IMG/VR virus record: IMGVR_UViG_3300000956_000008
Direction: 5' to 3' (one strand)
DNA: 37,198 nt
Origin: an uncultured virus (IMG/VR IMGVR_UViG_3300000956_000008)
Taxonomy: Duplodnaviria > Heunggongvirae > Uroviricota > Caudoviricetes
Under the pieces are notes generated by a model. It had not been told where the DNA came from and made no database searches. It was given only the letters and a program-made list of their open reading frames with translations. The translations under genes and the position numbers were made by a program. Of the stretch, positions 1 to 6,335 are shown piece after piece (the stretch's first letter is position 1; every line of letters starts with the position of its first letter).

Positions 1-54
1 AACTGCGATATCCTGATTACAAAACAGGCGTAATGACCATTATACGAAAAGGGC
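1..54 (-). tRNA. tRNA-Thr(TGT), 3' part outside window
   Basis: Reverse complement GCCCTTTTCGTATAATGGTCATTACG-CCTGT TT TGT AA TCAGG...; D arm and anticodon arm visible. Confidence 0.85.
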
Positions 55-59
55 GAATT

Positions 60-135
60 TGGCGGCTCATAGGGAATTCGAATCCCTCCTTCCTGATAGA
101 CAGTCAAGCGTGCTAACCGCTAACACTAATGAGCC
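60..135 (-). tRNA. tRNA-Asp(GTC)
   Basis: Cloverleaf, anticodon loop CT GTC TA, T loop TTCGAAT, encoded CCA. Confidence 0.93.
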
Positions 136-139
136 AAAT

Positions 140-216
140 TGGTACTCTTGGTGGGACTCGAACCCAACATCAACTGATTGAAAGTCAGCCATCCTATACC
201 TTTAGACGACAAGAGC
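140..216 (-). tRNA. tRNA-Glu(TTC)
   Basis: GCTGA CT TTC AA TCAGT, GTTCGAGT T loop, CCA. Confidence 0.93.
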
Positions 217-224
217 ATTAATTC

Positions 225-350
225 TTATTTGCCGCTGACAGGGTGTTTGTCTTTGCGGGCTTTGTTCGGATGACGACCTTTGCTGTCTTTCAAGCGAGTC
301 TTGTCAACCGGAGCATGTTCTTTTGTTGCATCGTATGGACGTTGTGCCAT
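225..350 (-). CDS. 41-aa basic microprotein (MAQRPYDATKEHAPVDKTRLKDSKGRHPNKARKDKHPVSGK)
   Basis: Translated by hand; AAGGAG RBS upstream; fills the gap between tRNAs. Confidence 0.7.
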   Translation of the reverse strand: MAQRPYDATKEHAPVDKTRLKDSKGRHPNKARKDKHPVSGK

Positions 351-383
351 TTCTTTCTCTCCTTTTATTTAACTTGTTAGAGT

Positions 384-412
384 ATTAGAACATGGGAAAT
401 CCATATTGTCAA
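384..412 (-). promoter_or_regulatory. possible internal promoter in the tRNA cluster
   Basis: Perfect TTGACA, weak -10 (TCTAAT or TAATAC). Confidence 0.4.
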
Positions 413-441
413 TACCTTACTTCAAATTATTTTACTTTATT

Positions 442-516
442 TGGTGCTGGATGTAGGGTTCGAACCTACCTAAAGCGGCTTAGAAGACCGCTGCACATCC
501 AATATACCAATCCAGC
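442..516 (-). tRNA. tRNA-Arg(TCT)
   Basis: GCGGT CT TCT AA GCCGC, GTTCGAAC, CCA. Confidence 0.92.
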
Positions 517-521
517 TTATT

Positions 522-596
522 TGGCGGGCCATCGAGGTTACGATCCCCGTCCACATGGCTTTGGAGGCCAGTATGCTGCCATCACAATCAAGACCC
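522..596 (-). tRNA. tRNA-Trp(CCA), atypical T loop
   Basis: TGGC CT CCA AA GCCA; T loop GATCGTAA; CCA end. Confidence 0.85.
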
Positions 597-606
597 TTAA
601 TTCGTG

Positions 607-682
607 GGAGACACTTATAACACGCTGTCTCCTGAGCGTCACATCACCAGTTGGTTTGGTGATCATACCAAGGCGCGGTATG
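607..682 (-). ncRNA. candidate structured element: two hairpins plus H-type pseudoknot
   Basis: CATACC/GGTATG, ATCACCA/TGGTGAT, ACGCT/AGCGT with loop GGAGAC complementary to downstream GTCTCC. Confidence 0.4.
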
Positions 683-687
683 TTCTT

Positions 688-1248
688 TTATTCGTCACCG
701 TATCCATCAAATGGGTTGCACGTACCAACGAACTGGGCAAAGCCCTTGTTTTTAAACTTCTCTGTGGTCATCTTCCAGCCGAGCCGCACACGCAAATCGC
801 GTGTAGCACTCCAAGGCTTGACACAGTAGTATTCGAATCCAATCAGCTTGTTGCCTTCATACAGCTTGGCAAACATGCCGCCGGGAATCTTAGACTTGTC
901 AGAGATATCAGGATTACCTGTGATGGTCATTGTAGCTGTATCAGACCACTTGATGGCAGAGCGCTTGGCAAGGCCGTACAGAGGGTTTCTGAGCATCCAC
1001 ATGACACGGTTCACGTATCCTTTGAAGCCTGTTGTAACACCGAGGAACAAACAACGTTTGGCTACGAATCCTTGATCACCCTGTGGAGGGTTATCGTATG
1101 TACCCCAAAGCCATCCCCAAGTATATTCAGTCTTACCGTATTCCTGTGCCCGCGTGAACAGAGGAACGATCAATGCTGCGGGAAGTGCAGTGAAGATTGT
1201 CATCAAGATATCAACAACGAGTAGCATTGTGAATCGTAGGTAAATCAT
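688..1248 (-). CDS. hypothetical membrane protein, 186 aa
   Basis: GGAGG RBS before MIYLRF; hydrophobic N terminus; the longer ORF-track start overlaps tRNA-Gln. Confidence 0.8.
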   Translation of the reverse strand: MIYLRFTMLLVVDILMTIFTALPAALIVPLFTRAQEYGKTEYTWGWLWGTYDNPPQGDQGFVAKRCLFLGVTTGFKGYVNRVMWMLRNPLYGLAKRSAIKWSDTATMTITGNPDISDKSKIPGGMFAKLYEGNKLIGFEYYCVKPWSATRDLRVRLGWKMTTEKFKNKGFAQFVGTCNPFDGYGDE

Positions 1249-1265
1249 TGTGCCTCCAGTTTGTT

Positions 1266-1342
1266 TGGAAGAGGGAGTGGGGGTCGAACCCACAATTGCT
1301 GGATTCAAAGTCCAGTGCGTCTACCAGTTCCGCCATCCCTCA
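1266..1342 (-). tRNA. tRNA-Gln(TTG)
   Basis: CTGGA CT TTG AA TCCAG, GTTCGAC, CCA. Confidence 0.92.
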
Positions 1343-1351
1343 ATTAAATTA

Positions 1352-1475
1352 GTACCGAGAGCATTCTAAGGATGGCCATCCGTCGTCAACTCTCTAGTCA
1401 CGTTTCATCCGCTTTGTGAACCACACCCTTTCAGGTGTCCGCCGAGGCTTGGGAGGGAATCGAACCCTAACGCGA
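1352..1475 (-). ncRNA. permuted tRNA-like (YrlA/Y-RNA-like topology) element plus 3' hairpin
   Basis: T arm AGGG TTCGATT CCCT precedes a D-arm-like TTCA CAAAGCGGA TGAA; closing stem TCGCGTT/AACGTGA; no anticodon arm or CCA end. Confidence 0.5.
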
Positions 1476-1490
1476 TTACTTTGTGATGTT

Positions 1491-1564
1491 TGGTGCTTCG
1501 TGAGAGAATTGAACTCCCGTCTGTTGCGTGTAAAGCAACGGCCCTACCATTAGACGAACGAAGC
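1491..1564 (-). tRNA. tRNA-Val(TAC)
   Basis: GTTGC TT TAC AC GCAAC, GTTCAAT, CCA. Confidence 0.92.
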
Positions 1565-1569
1565 TTGTT

Positions 1570-1646
1570 TGGTGGGCCTTCCCAGACTCGAACTGGGAAC
1601 ATCTTCATTTTGAGTGAAGCATGACTGCCAATTGCATCAAAGGCCC
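1570..1646 (-). tRNA. tRNA-Leu(CAA), short variable loop
   Basis: CTTCA CT CAA AA TGAAG, 5-nt variable region, CCA. Confidence 0.88.
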
Positions 1647-1655
1647 ATTTTTGTT

Positions 1656-1745
1656 TGGAGGCGAGTGAGGGATTCAAACCCTCGGACCCCTTTCGGAGTC
1701 GCTAGTTTTCTAAACTAGAGCAATCGTTCACTCTACCAACTCGCC
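1656..1745 (-). tRNA. tRNA-Ser(AGA)
   Basis: CTAGT TT AGA AA ACTAG, long variable arm GACTCCGAAAGGGGTC, CCA. Confidence 0.88.
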
Positions 1746-1752
1746 AAAATTT

Positions 1753-1867
1753 AGAGGTTCAACTTGGGACTCATACCCCTACCGGACTATCGCAACATTC
1801 CGAGTGCAACCCAGCCGCGAACCCTCACGCTGATGCAGTTTTCTTTTCAGGAGCGACCTGAACATCT
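1753..1867 (-). ncRNA. candidate ~115-nt multibranch structured RNA between two tRNA-Ser genes
   Basis: Ends pair (AGATGTTCA/TGAACCTCT); internal stems TGCATCAGC..GCTGG.TTGCA, TCGGA/TCCGG, GGG/CCC. Confidence 0.45.
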
Positions 1868-1956
1868 TGGCAGAGAGCTGAGGTCTTGATCCCCAACCGT
1901 GTTAACGATCCCTTTGTTTAGCAAACAAGGCCAGCCACCTGACTGGGTAACTCTCT
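1868..1956 (-). tRNA. tRNA-Ser(GCT), atypical T loop
   Basis: CTTGT TT GCT AA ACAAA, long variable arm, T loop GATCAAG, GCCA end. Confidence 0.85.
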
Positions 1957-2042
1957 ATGTTAGTGGCAGCAAGCGTAACTGCCTGACATACTGTATTTCA
2001 GAGAATACGCCGCCTAACGTAATCTAACAGTACATCATATTT

Positions 2043-2120
2043 TGGTTGGACGCCCCGGACTTGAACCGGGAACCTACCGGGTAAAAGCCGGTTATTCTAA
2101 GCCAATTGAATTAGCGTCCA
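2043..2120 (-). tRNA. tRNA-Lys(TTT)
   Basis: ACCGG CT TTT AC CCGGT, GTTCAAGT, CCA. Confidence 0.93.
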
Positions 2121-2124
2121 ATTA

Positions 2125-2442
2125 TTACTTAGCGAAGTTAAATACTGGGGCGAGAGGTTTGTCCTCTAGCTCGTCCGGTCCCTCACTTCCTTTTGCTAGT
2201 TGAATCTTCAATGCTTCGTTAGACTTGTATAGATTGTTGTACATATCAACCAACACCTGTTTCATCTTGAAACGGTCCTTAGCTGGAATGGACTCATCAT
2301 CGCTGATTTCAATCATCTTGTCAATAGCCTGTCCGTAAATTCTTTTAAGAATTCTCAAACCAGCATCTAGTTCTGTCTTTGTCACCCCACGTGCAGCCAT
2401 TTCAGCTTTTGTTGGACGACCGCCTTTATTCTTTTGTTCCAT
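2125..2442 (-). CDS. putative terminase small subunit, 105 aa
   Basis: N-terminal KGGRPTK motif, helical body, short C-terminal beta-like tail; heads the tRNA operon; GAGG RBS. Confidence 0.5.
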   Translation of the reverse strand: MEQKNKGGRPTKAEMAARGVTKTELDAGLRILKRIYGQAIDKMIEISDDESIPAKDRFKMKQVLVDMYNNLYKSNEALKIQLAKGSEGPDELEDKPLAPVFNFAK

Positions 2443-2463
2443 TATGCTATACCTCGGATTAGA

Positions 2464-2518
2464 GTGAGTGGTAGGCTTACAGCCCGAAAGGAGGAGGAAA
2501 CAGGCACGCTCCACTCAC
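2464..2518 (-). promoter_or_regulatory. leader hairpin exposing an anti-Shine-Dalgarno loop
   Basis: GTGAGTGG/CCACTCAC outer stem, GCCTG/CGGGC inner stem, loop TTTCCTCCTCCTTT. Confidence 0.5.
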
Positions 2519-2552
2519 ATAACTTGTAGGACATTTCTGTCTAAGTATGGTA

Positions 2553-2580
2553 AGTATACCATGATTGCACTGTCTGTCAA
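2553..2580 (-). promoter_or_regulatory. sigma70 promoter for the TerS-like/tRNA operon
   Basis: TTGACA-N16-TATACT. Confidence 0.7.
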
Positions 2581-2593
2581 CCCCTTGATAGGA

Positions 2594-2788
2594 TTAATTT
2601 TCTTTGATGGGTACTGGCCCTGTCACACCGTCAGTCGGATATCGTCCGCAGACATACTCTTTCTCTGTGTATGAATTGTATACAAGATTTCTGCACACAC
2701 TACAAAAGTCTTCTTCTCTCTGTGCGAGCTTATTCCATGCGGGGCTATCATTATTGATCAGCGGTACATCGCAGCATCGGCATCTCAT
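2594..2788 (-). CDS. small zinc-binding hypothetical protein, 64 aa
   Basis: CRCC...CSVC motif. Confidence 0.7.
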   Translation of the reverse strand: MRCRCCDVPLINNDSPAWNKLAQREEDFCSVCRNLVYNSYTEKEYVCGRYPTDGVTGPVPIKEN

Positions 2789-2894
2789 AGTTTGGTTTCC
2801 TTATATTATTTAGGGTTATTCCATACAATCTCCTTTAGTATCAGTGGTTTAGGTGGTTGTATGTGTTGGTTATTGTATTTGATCTGCTCATGAC

Positions 2895-3118
2895 GCTGAG
2901 TTTCGTATTGGAAGATAGAACTGTCCCAAGGAAAGCCATACAGGAAACCCTGCCTCGACCTACCTTGGTTCTATCTTCCACACTATCTCGTATGAGTTTC
3001 CTCATGACGCTTGAGATCGTGATTGGCCTGCATTGGCAGGAGACAGATTGCTCTGTCAGATTCTGGTCATTCCACCTTGCGGTGTCGTCGCTACGCTTTA
3101 ACCAGATTAGAACTCAGC
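2895..3118 (-). ncRNA. large multi-stem structured element with three GNRA tetraloops
   Basis: Closing stem GCTGAGTT/AACTCAGC; 13-bp stem TGGAAGATAGAAC/GTTCTATCTTCCA; CACC-GCAA-GGTG, GACAGA-GCAA-TCTGTC, ATGAG-GAAA-CTCAT. Confidence 0.6.
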
Positions 3119-3180
3119 TTGCCCAGTAGCATCCTCTTCATAGGCGTGTTCCCTGATGGCCGGTGAGTGAATTCAGACAT
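3091..3180 (-). CDS. possible 29-aa leader peptide (MSEFTHRPSGNTPMKRMLLGKLSSNLVKA)
   Basis: GGAGAG RBS just after a promoter; ORF runs into the 5' strand of the structured element. Confidence 0.35.
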   Translation of the reverse strand: MSEFTHRPSGNTPMKRMLLGKLSSNLVKA

Positions 3181-3200
3181 ATCTCTCCATCAGTTTTTCC

Positions 3201-3229
3201 ATACTAACACGGCAATTGCCCTACGTCAA
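3201..3229 (-). promoter_or_regulatory. sigma70 promoter, leftward of divergent pair
   Basis: TTGACG-N17-TAGTAT. Confidence 0.7.
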
Positions 3230-3233
3230 GGTC

Positions 3234-3261
3234 TTGACAATCAGGAAAACTGTGTTACTAT
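3234..3261 (+). promoter_or_regulatory. sigma70 promoter, rightward of divergent pair
   Basis: TTGACA-N16-TACTAT with TGTG upstream of the -10. Confidence 0.7.
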
Positions 3262-3292
3262 CAGAAATTATCAAATCAATAAGGAGAACCCT

Positions 3293-3721
3293 ATGACCGA
3301 TTTCATTGATGTAGTTGAACACAACCCTATCGTGTTCGTCAAGAGCGTCTGTGAGGCGATTGCAGAAGGCTACGCAATTCAGAACACAATCCCCGGCTAT
3401 CCTCAGTTTGGCGCCTATGGCAACGCTGTACGCATGTTCAAGGCTGAAAAGCCGGGTGGTGTGATCATTTCTGCTGACCACAGTGGACGTGTAGAACATT
3501 ATGAGCCAATGGCCTTCATGCTGCTGGTGCAAAACTTCGTACACGCTGGATACACATTCAAGGAAGGTGGTAATCACTTCTTTGATGAAAAGGGTTTGAA
3601 GAGTATTGAAATGGAGCTTGTCAAAGATGAGCCGAAAGAAGAAAAACCAGCGAAGAAAGCTCCTGCAAAGAAAGCTTTGAAAGCTGAACCAACTATTGAT
3701 GAATTGAAGGAGGCTGAATAA
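3293..3721 (+). CDS. hypothetical protein, 142 aa, Lys/Ala/Pro-rich tail
   Basis: AAGGAG RBS before MTDFIDVVEH. Confidence 0.85.
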   Translation: MTDFIDVVEHNPIVFVKSVCEAIAEGYAIQNTIPGYPQFGAYGNAVRMFKAEKPGGVIISADHSGRVEHYEPMAFMLLVQNFVHAGYTFKEGGNHFFDEKGLKSIEMELVKDEPKEEKPAKKAPAKKALKAEPTIDELKEAE

Positions 3722-3723
3722 TT

Positions 3724-4095
3724 ATGGCAAAACTAACTAAAGCACAACGTGAGTTCTTCTACGACTTCGCAAAGAATGACCTGAGCAATATCCTATTCCC
3801 TATCCTGCACGCACAGGGTTTGCAACTAACGCCAGAACTGGCTGAGAGCTTGCTGAACATGGTTGACCTTGATGCCTATACCGAAATCGTAGGTCAAGCG
3901 TTCCTTGAGCGTGTAGACTTCACCACCATTAAGCGTGTAGACAAGATCATGAAGAGCGATGAGTTCAACAACGTGATTGTTGCATCGCAGCAAGTGAGCG
4001 ACGCTGTAAACGATGAGCGTATCCGTATTCTCGCTGCACTGATTCCAGTTGCAGATGAAGAAGCTCTTGGTCTGACTGACGAACAAGAGGGCTAA
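3724..4095 (+). CDS. hypothetical protein, 123 aa
   Basis: AAGGAGG RBS, operon position. Confidence 0.85.
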   Translation: MAKLTKAQREFFYDFAKNDLSNILFPILHAQGLQLTPELAESLLNMVDLDAYTEIVGQAFLERVDFTTIKRVDKIMKSDEFNNVIVASQQVSDAVNDERIRILAALIPVADEEALGLTDEQEG

Positions 4096-4102
4096 TCTAT
4101 TC

Positions 4103-4124
4103 GGGAGCTTCGGCTCCCTCTTTC
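4103..4124 (+). terminator. hairpin or weak intrinsic terminator
   Basis: GGGAGC TTCG GCTCCC TCTTT. Confidence 0.6.
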
Positions 4125-4137
4125 ATGGAGGTGCATA

Positions 4138-4914
4138 ATGGCTAAGAGAAACCAAGCGAAAGTTATTGGAAAACGCTGGGAAGAAAAAGAACAACGTGGT
4201 CGGGAAGTTAATCCAAAGTTTGTAGAAGCAAGGGAAGATGGCCGCTCCAAAGCCAACACCACGCCGCTGAAGCCACGCAACGACAAACAAGCTGCGTACA
4301 TCCAGTCCATCAACGAAAACCCTCTCACCATCGCCACAGGCTACGCTGGCACATCTAAAACCTACATCCCAACTGTTATGGCATGTGATGCTTACCTGAA
4401 AGGTGAGATTGATAAGATTGTGTTCGTGCGTCCTAACATTTCCAACAGTAAGTCGCTGGGTATGTTCAAAGGCAGTGCGGTAGAGAAGATGGAAATGTGG
4501 CTGATGCCTGTAATCAACATCCTCAAGGATCGTCTGACACCGGGTGGACTTCAAACTGCTATCGAGAACGGGAACATCCAGTATGTACCTCTGGAAGTAT
4601 TGAAAGGTTTCAGTGCTGAGAGCTGCTTCTTTATTGTGGATGAAGGTGAAGACATTAACCAAGAAGAAGCCAAGAACATTGTTACCCGTCAAGGTAAGAA
4701 TTGCAAAATGGTGATTAGTGGCGACGTAAGTCAGAGTGCTTTGAAGAGCCATTCTGGTTTGAAGATGCTGACTCGTATGGCATCTAAGCACACTCATTTG
4801 CCAATCGGTTTTATTGACTTCAACCATGTAAACGACATTGAGCGTAGCCAAGCCTGTAAGGATTGGATCATCGCTTTCGAGAAAGACGAACGGGAGGGCG
4901 TAAAGTATGAGTGA
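4138..4914 (+). CDS. phoH: PhoH-family ATPase
   Basis: GYAGTSKT Walker A, FIVDEGED Walker B, SGDVSQS, IERS. Confidence 0.92.
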   Translation: MAKRNQAKVIGKRWEEKEQRGREVNPKFVEAREDGRSKANTTPLKPRNDKQAAYIQSINENPLTIATGYAGTSKTYIPTVMACDAYLKGEIDKIVFVRPNISNSKSLGMFKGSAVEKMEMWLMPVINILKDRLTPGGLQTAIENGNIQYVPLEVLKGFSAESCFFIVDEGEDINQEEAKNIVTRQGKNCKMVISGDVSQSALKSHSGLKMLTRMASKHTHLPIGFIDFNHVNDIERSQACKDWIIAFEKDEREGVKYE

Positions 4915-5515
4915 AGATATGAACAAACCAAATCGTATTATGATGACACAACACGTTGCGAATGAATACCATCTGAGACTGGCACGTCCTATCACAGAAG
5001 TGGATGACTTTGAAGACGAGTTTCAGTTGTTTGCTGCTGCTGGCGAGCGTGATTTGATCCACATTGATATCGTAACGCCGGGTGGCTCTATGGATACAGC
5101 TCACATGCTGTGTCGTGCCATTCAACGTACACAAGCTCACGTAGTGGCGTATATTGGCCCTACCTGTGCATCTGCTGGTACAGCGATTGCTCTGGCCTGT
5201 GAAGAGTGGGAGATTGATGACATGTCCTCTTTCATGATCCACACTGGCAGCTACGGCTACGTTGGGATGGCTCCACACGTTGAAGCTAACGTTCGCCACA
5301 ACACGAAGATGATTGAACGCTACGTTCGTCTCACCTACGCAGGATTCTTGACTGAGGAAGAGATTGAGCGTGTTATCGACGGTCGTGAAATGTACTTCGA
5401 AGGTGAAGAGCTTGCTCAGCGCCTGTCTGCGTACAGTGTGTACCGTGAAGCGATTCGTGAAGCCAATCGTCACGATGAGCAAGAAGTGGTTGACGAAGAC
5501 CCGTTTAGCGATTAA
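4907..5515 (+). CDS. clpP: ClpP-like protease subunit
   Basis: TPGGS, CASAGTAIALA (catalytic Ser), FMIH. Confidence 0.85.
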   Translation: MSEDMNKPNRIMMTQHVANEYHLRLARPITEVDDFEDEFQLFAAAGERDLIHIDIVTPGGSMDTAHMLCRAIQRTQAHVVAYIGPTCASAGTAIALACEEWEIDDMSSFMIHTGSYGYVGMAPHVEANVRHNTKMIERYVRLTYAGFLTEEEIERVIDGREMYFEGEELAQRLSAYSVYREAIREANRHDEQEVVDEDPFSD

Positions 5516-5526
5516 GATGTGCCCAT

Positions 5527-5555
5527 GCCGGATGCCTTGGTGTCCGGCTATTTTT
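5527..5555 (+). terminator. intrinsic terminator
   Basis: GCCGGA...TCCGGC followed by TATTTTT. Confidence 0.6.
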
Positions 5556-5578
5556 ATGTCTGTCGAAAGGAGGTATTA

Positions 5579-5923
5579 GTGAGCAAGATTAGCCTAATGG
5601 AACAAGTTTTGGAGAAGATGCAGGCTAAGGAGAGCATTTATGTTGTATACACCGTTGACAAACAGAAGATTACGATTGTATCCTACTCAGATTTCGCCAA
5701 ATGGGAATTCATTCCGCCAGCTACATTTTTTATTAAAGACGCAATGGGTGACTACATTTTTATCCACACGGCTAAACGAGCTGTTGCACAGGAATGGGTT
5801 GACAAGGAATACGGAAAAGGGCGATACTCAGTGAATACAAGCCGCTTGCAGAAGGGCAAGCCACTTGGAGAAGACAGCAAGCCTGCCTTCGGAACCGCAA
5901 CTCGCAGAGGACAAAAACGATGA
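5579..5923 (+). CDS. hypothetical protein
   Basis: AAGGAGG RBS before GTG at 5579. Confidence 0.8.
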   Translation: MSKISLMEQVLEKMQAKESIYVVYTVDKQKITIVSYSDFAKWEFIPPATFFIKDAMGDYIFIHTAKRAVAQEWVDKEYGKGRYSVNTSRLQKGKPLGEDSKPAFGTATRRGQKR

Positions 5924-6141
5924 AAGCTAGCCAATTGATTGCACAACTATCTACTCTGATCGCTGAGCGTGGTGATTTGACTGTCATTGGTCAAGCTGAT
6001 CAAGAAGGCAACTCATACGACACTATCCGTGGTGCAGACTTCACATACATCAGCGAAGACCTGCAAACCACCGTAGACTCGCTTCACGAAACTGAGGAAT
6101 ACGGTGAAGAGTTCTCTCCAGTGATTGTGGTTTTTCCATAA
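5920..6141 (+). CDS. hypothetical protein, 73 aa
   Basis: ATGA overlap with upstream gene. Confidence 0.8.
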   Translation: MKASQLIAQLSTLIAERGDLTVIGQADQEGNSYDTIRGADFTYISEDLQTTVDSLHETEEYGEEFSPVIVVFP

Positions 6142-6335
6142 TGTGGATCGCTCAACATCCTTGTGGCACTTGGTGTGCCTACAAGGAGAAGCCCAGAGAA
6201 AAGATGGGAGGCTGGGACGGTGATGTGTATGCCGTCCTTAACCGTGGACTATGGATCATGAGCTGGAGGGAATCACTTGAGTGCATGTCCTTCAAGACAT
6301 ATCAAGACAGGTTCAGGCATAAGGAGGTTCGATGA
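6141..6335 (+). CDS. hypothetical protein, 64 aa, Trp-rich
   Basis: TAATG coupling. Confidence 0.75.
   Translation: MWIAQHPCGTWCAYKEKPREKMGGWDGDVYAVLNRGLWIMSWRESLECMSFKTYQDRFRHKEVR

Noticed and set aside
392..1677. ORF-track entries 392..829, 604..1224 and 1405..1677
   Set aside because: They overlap tRNA genes or lie antisense to a better-supported gene, and lack an RBS
2895..3118. Structured element as tmRNA, group I/II intron or RNase P RNA
   Set aside because: No tRNA-like ends with CCA, no domain V or P7 core, no P4 signature seen
2857..3129. 90-aa plus-strand ORF over the structured element
   Set aside because: TTG start with weak RBS and no promoter; helix density and GNRA polarity favour the minus strand
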